Shown: positions 63,144-64,000 of the stretch, in pieces
Layout of the letters: every line of letters begins with the position of its first letter
Numbering within the stretch: the stretch's first letter is position 1
Position numbers and translations under genes: made by a program
Notes under the pieces: model-generated
Told to the model about the DNA's origin: nothing
The model's input: the letters and a program-made list of their open reading frames with translations, nothing else
Database searches by the model: none
NCBI GenBank assembly: GCA_958009085.1
Contig: OY253670.1
Coordinates: forward strand, 372,001-436,000
DNA length: 64,000 bases
Direction: 5' to 3'
DNA from: Protoeuglena noctilucae
Lineage: Eukaryota

Positions 63144-64000
63144 ATGGCGCGCGTCTTGCAGCAGCAGGCGGCGGGGCTGCAGCGGGATTTCGGAGCGGTG
63201 CTGCACTCGCTCTCGCAGCTCACGTCGGCCGTTCACGAGCTGGGAAGACGCTCTGATGCCATCTCTCTCGGCGTTCAAGCGTGCGTGCGCGAAATGTGCG
63301 GCTTTTCGCTCATGTCTTTGGCACTGCGGTTGCTCGCAACGAGGAAGTTCTCCGCTCCGCTGATGCGCAGGTTTGATTTGCCAGACACCCAAGAGCGCGG
63401 CGTTCAAGCGTCGCTCGAGGCAGGCCCCTCCGCTGGACTCCCCACGCGCATAACTGTCGGCGCGCCGTTCCGCTTCCAAAAGTCGGACCGCCGGGTCAAC
63501 TGGGCGCGGCTGCGCTCTCTGGACCTCGCGGAGATCCATCGCGAGACGGACGTGCAGGGGCTGATGAGCGCCTTGGAAGGCAAGGGGTCGAACACACTTC
63601 GACACTCGCAATTTCCCTTCTGAGCGTCGAGGCGCGTCCGGGCCCGTGCCGACGATCTTTAGCCCCCGAAAGCTGCCGCAGATTTCGCGTACGGGGACCT
63701 GGAGCGCGAGAGCACGTTCAACCTGACGGAGGCGTCCCTCTTGCGCCTGTGCCGGGCGCAGCAGATGGCAATTCAGTACCTGTTGCACGAGAGGCAGCAA
63801 GCGACGGCGGAGGCGCTTCAGATCAGCGACGGGCACGCGCGCATGGAGGCGTATTTGGACCGGCTGGATGCGGCGGGGCAGGCGGTGCATCTCGACAAGC
63901 TGTCGCAGCAAGTGTCAGCGATGGAGGACGCCCTGCGGCATTTGAGCGACGGCGATATGCAGGCGCTGGCCGGGGAGTTGGCGGCGGTGGGCGCTGCGGG
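63144..64000 (+). CDS. DZIP1/Iguana-like N-terminal domain protein (partial, runs off the window)
   Basis: FRFQKSDRRVNWARL..D...RETDV..L, FAYGDLE, LCRAQQMAIQYLLH, then a coiled coil. Confidence 0.8.

Noticed and set aside
1..64000. Many long Arg/Pro/Ala-rich ORFs in the six-frame track as overlapping genes
   Set aside because: They are antisense or off-frame shadows of GC-rich exons and introns.
1..64000. Introner-like family or transposon
   Set aside because: By eye I saw no shared sequence among different introns and no transposase or reverse transcriptase ORF. An all-versus-all intron alignment would be needed to exclude it fully.

Overview
This is a GC-rich, gene-dense, intron-rich eukaryotic nuclear window. 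A chlorophyte green alga is most likely, inferred from plastid-type genes, flagellar genes and TGTAA motifs after stop codons; the species cannot be named. About 25 spliced protein-coding genes can be rebuilt by eye: FAM192A-like, SDF2, RH22-type helicase, SRR1, ARP6, a family-16 methyltransferase, an orphan type II membrane protein, DDX24, EAF6, LRRC34, a J-domain protein, NOG1, NELF-A-like, two tandem 8-TM pseudo-cyclases, a CTFxP-repeat protein, a PcnB/CCA-type nucleotidyltransferase, snurportin-1, SelO, a TAAC-like carrier, ATP23, an FKBP-MsrA fusion, dCMP deaminase and DZIP1-like. CDS coordinates are gene spans including introns, and several 5' ends are uncertain. No rRNA, tRNA, CRISPR array or transposon is supported, and there is one 200-N gap. 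The main signals are: (1) very frequent GC-AG introns (22 counted, all AG|GC, mostly AG|GCGAG); (2) recurrent tandem copies of exon-intron junctions inside introns of DDX24 and NOG1; (3) an ARP6 exon inverted onto the opposite strand between degenerate inverted repeats, with the C-terminus missing; (4) a tandem pair of apparently catalytically dead class III cyclases; (5) a NELF-A homologue.
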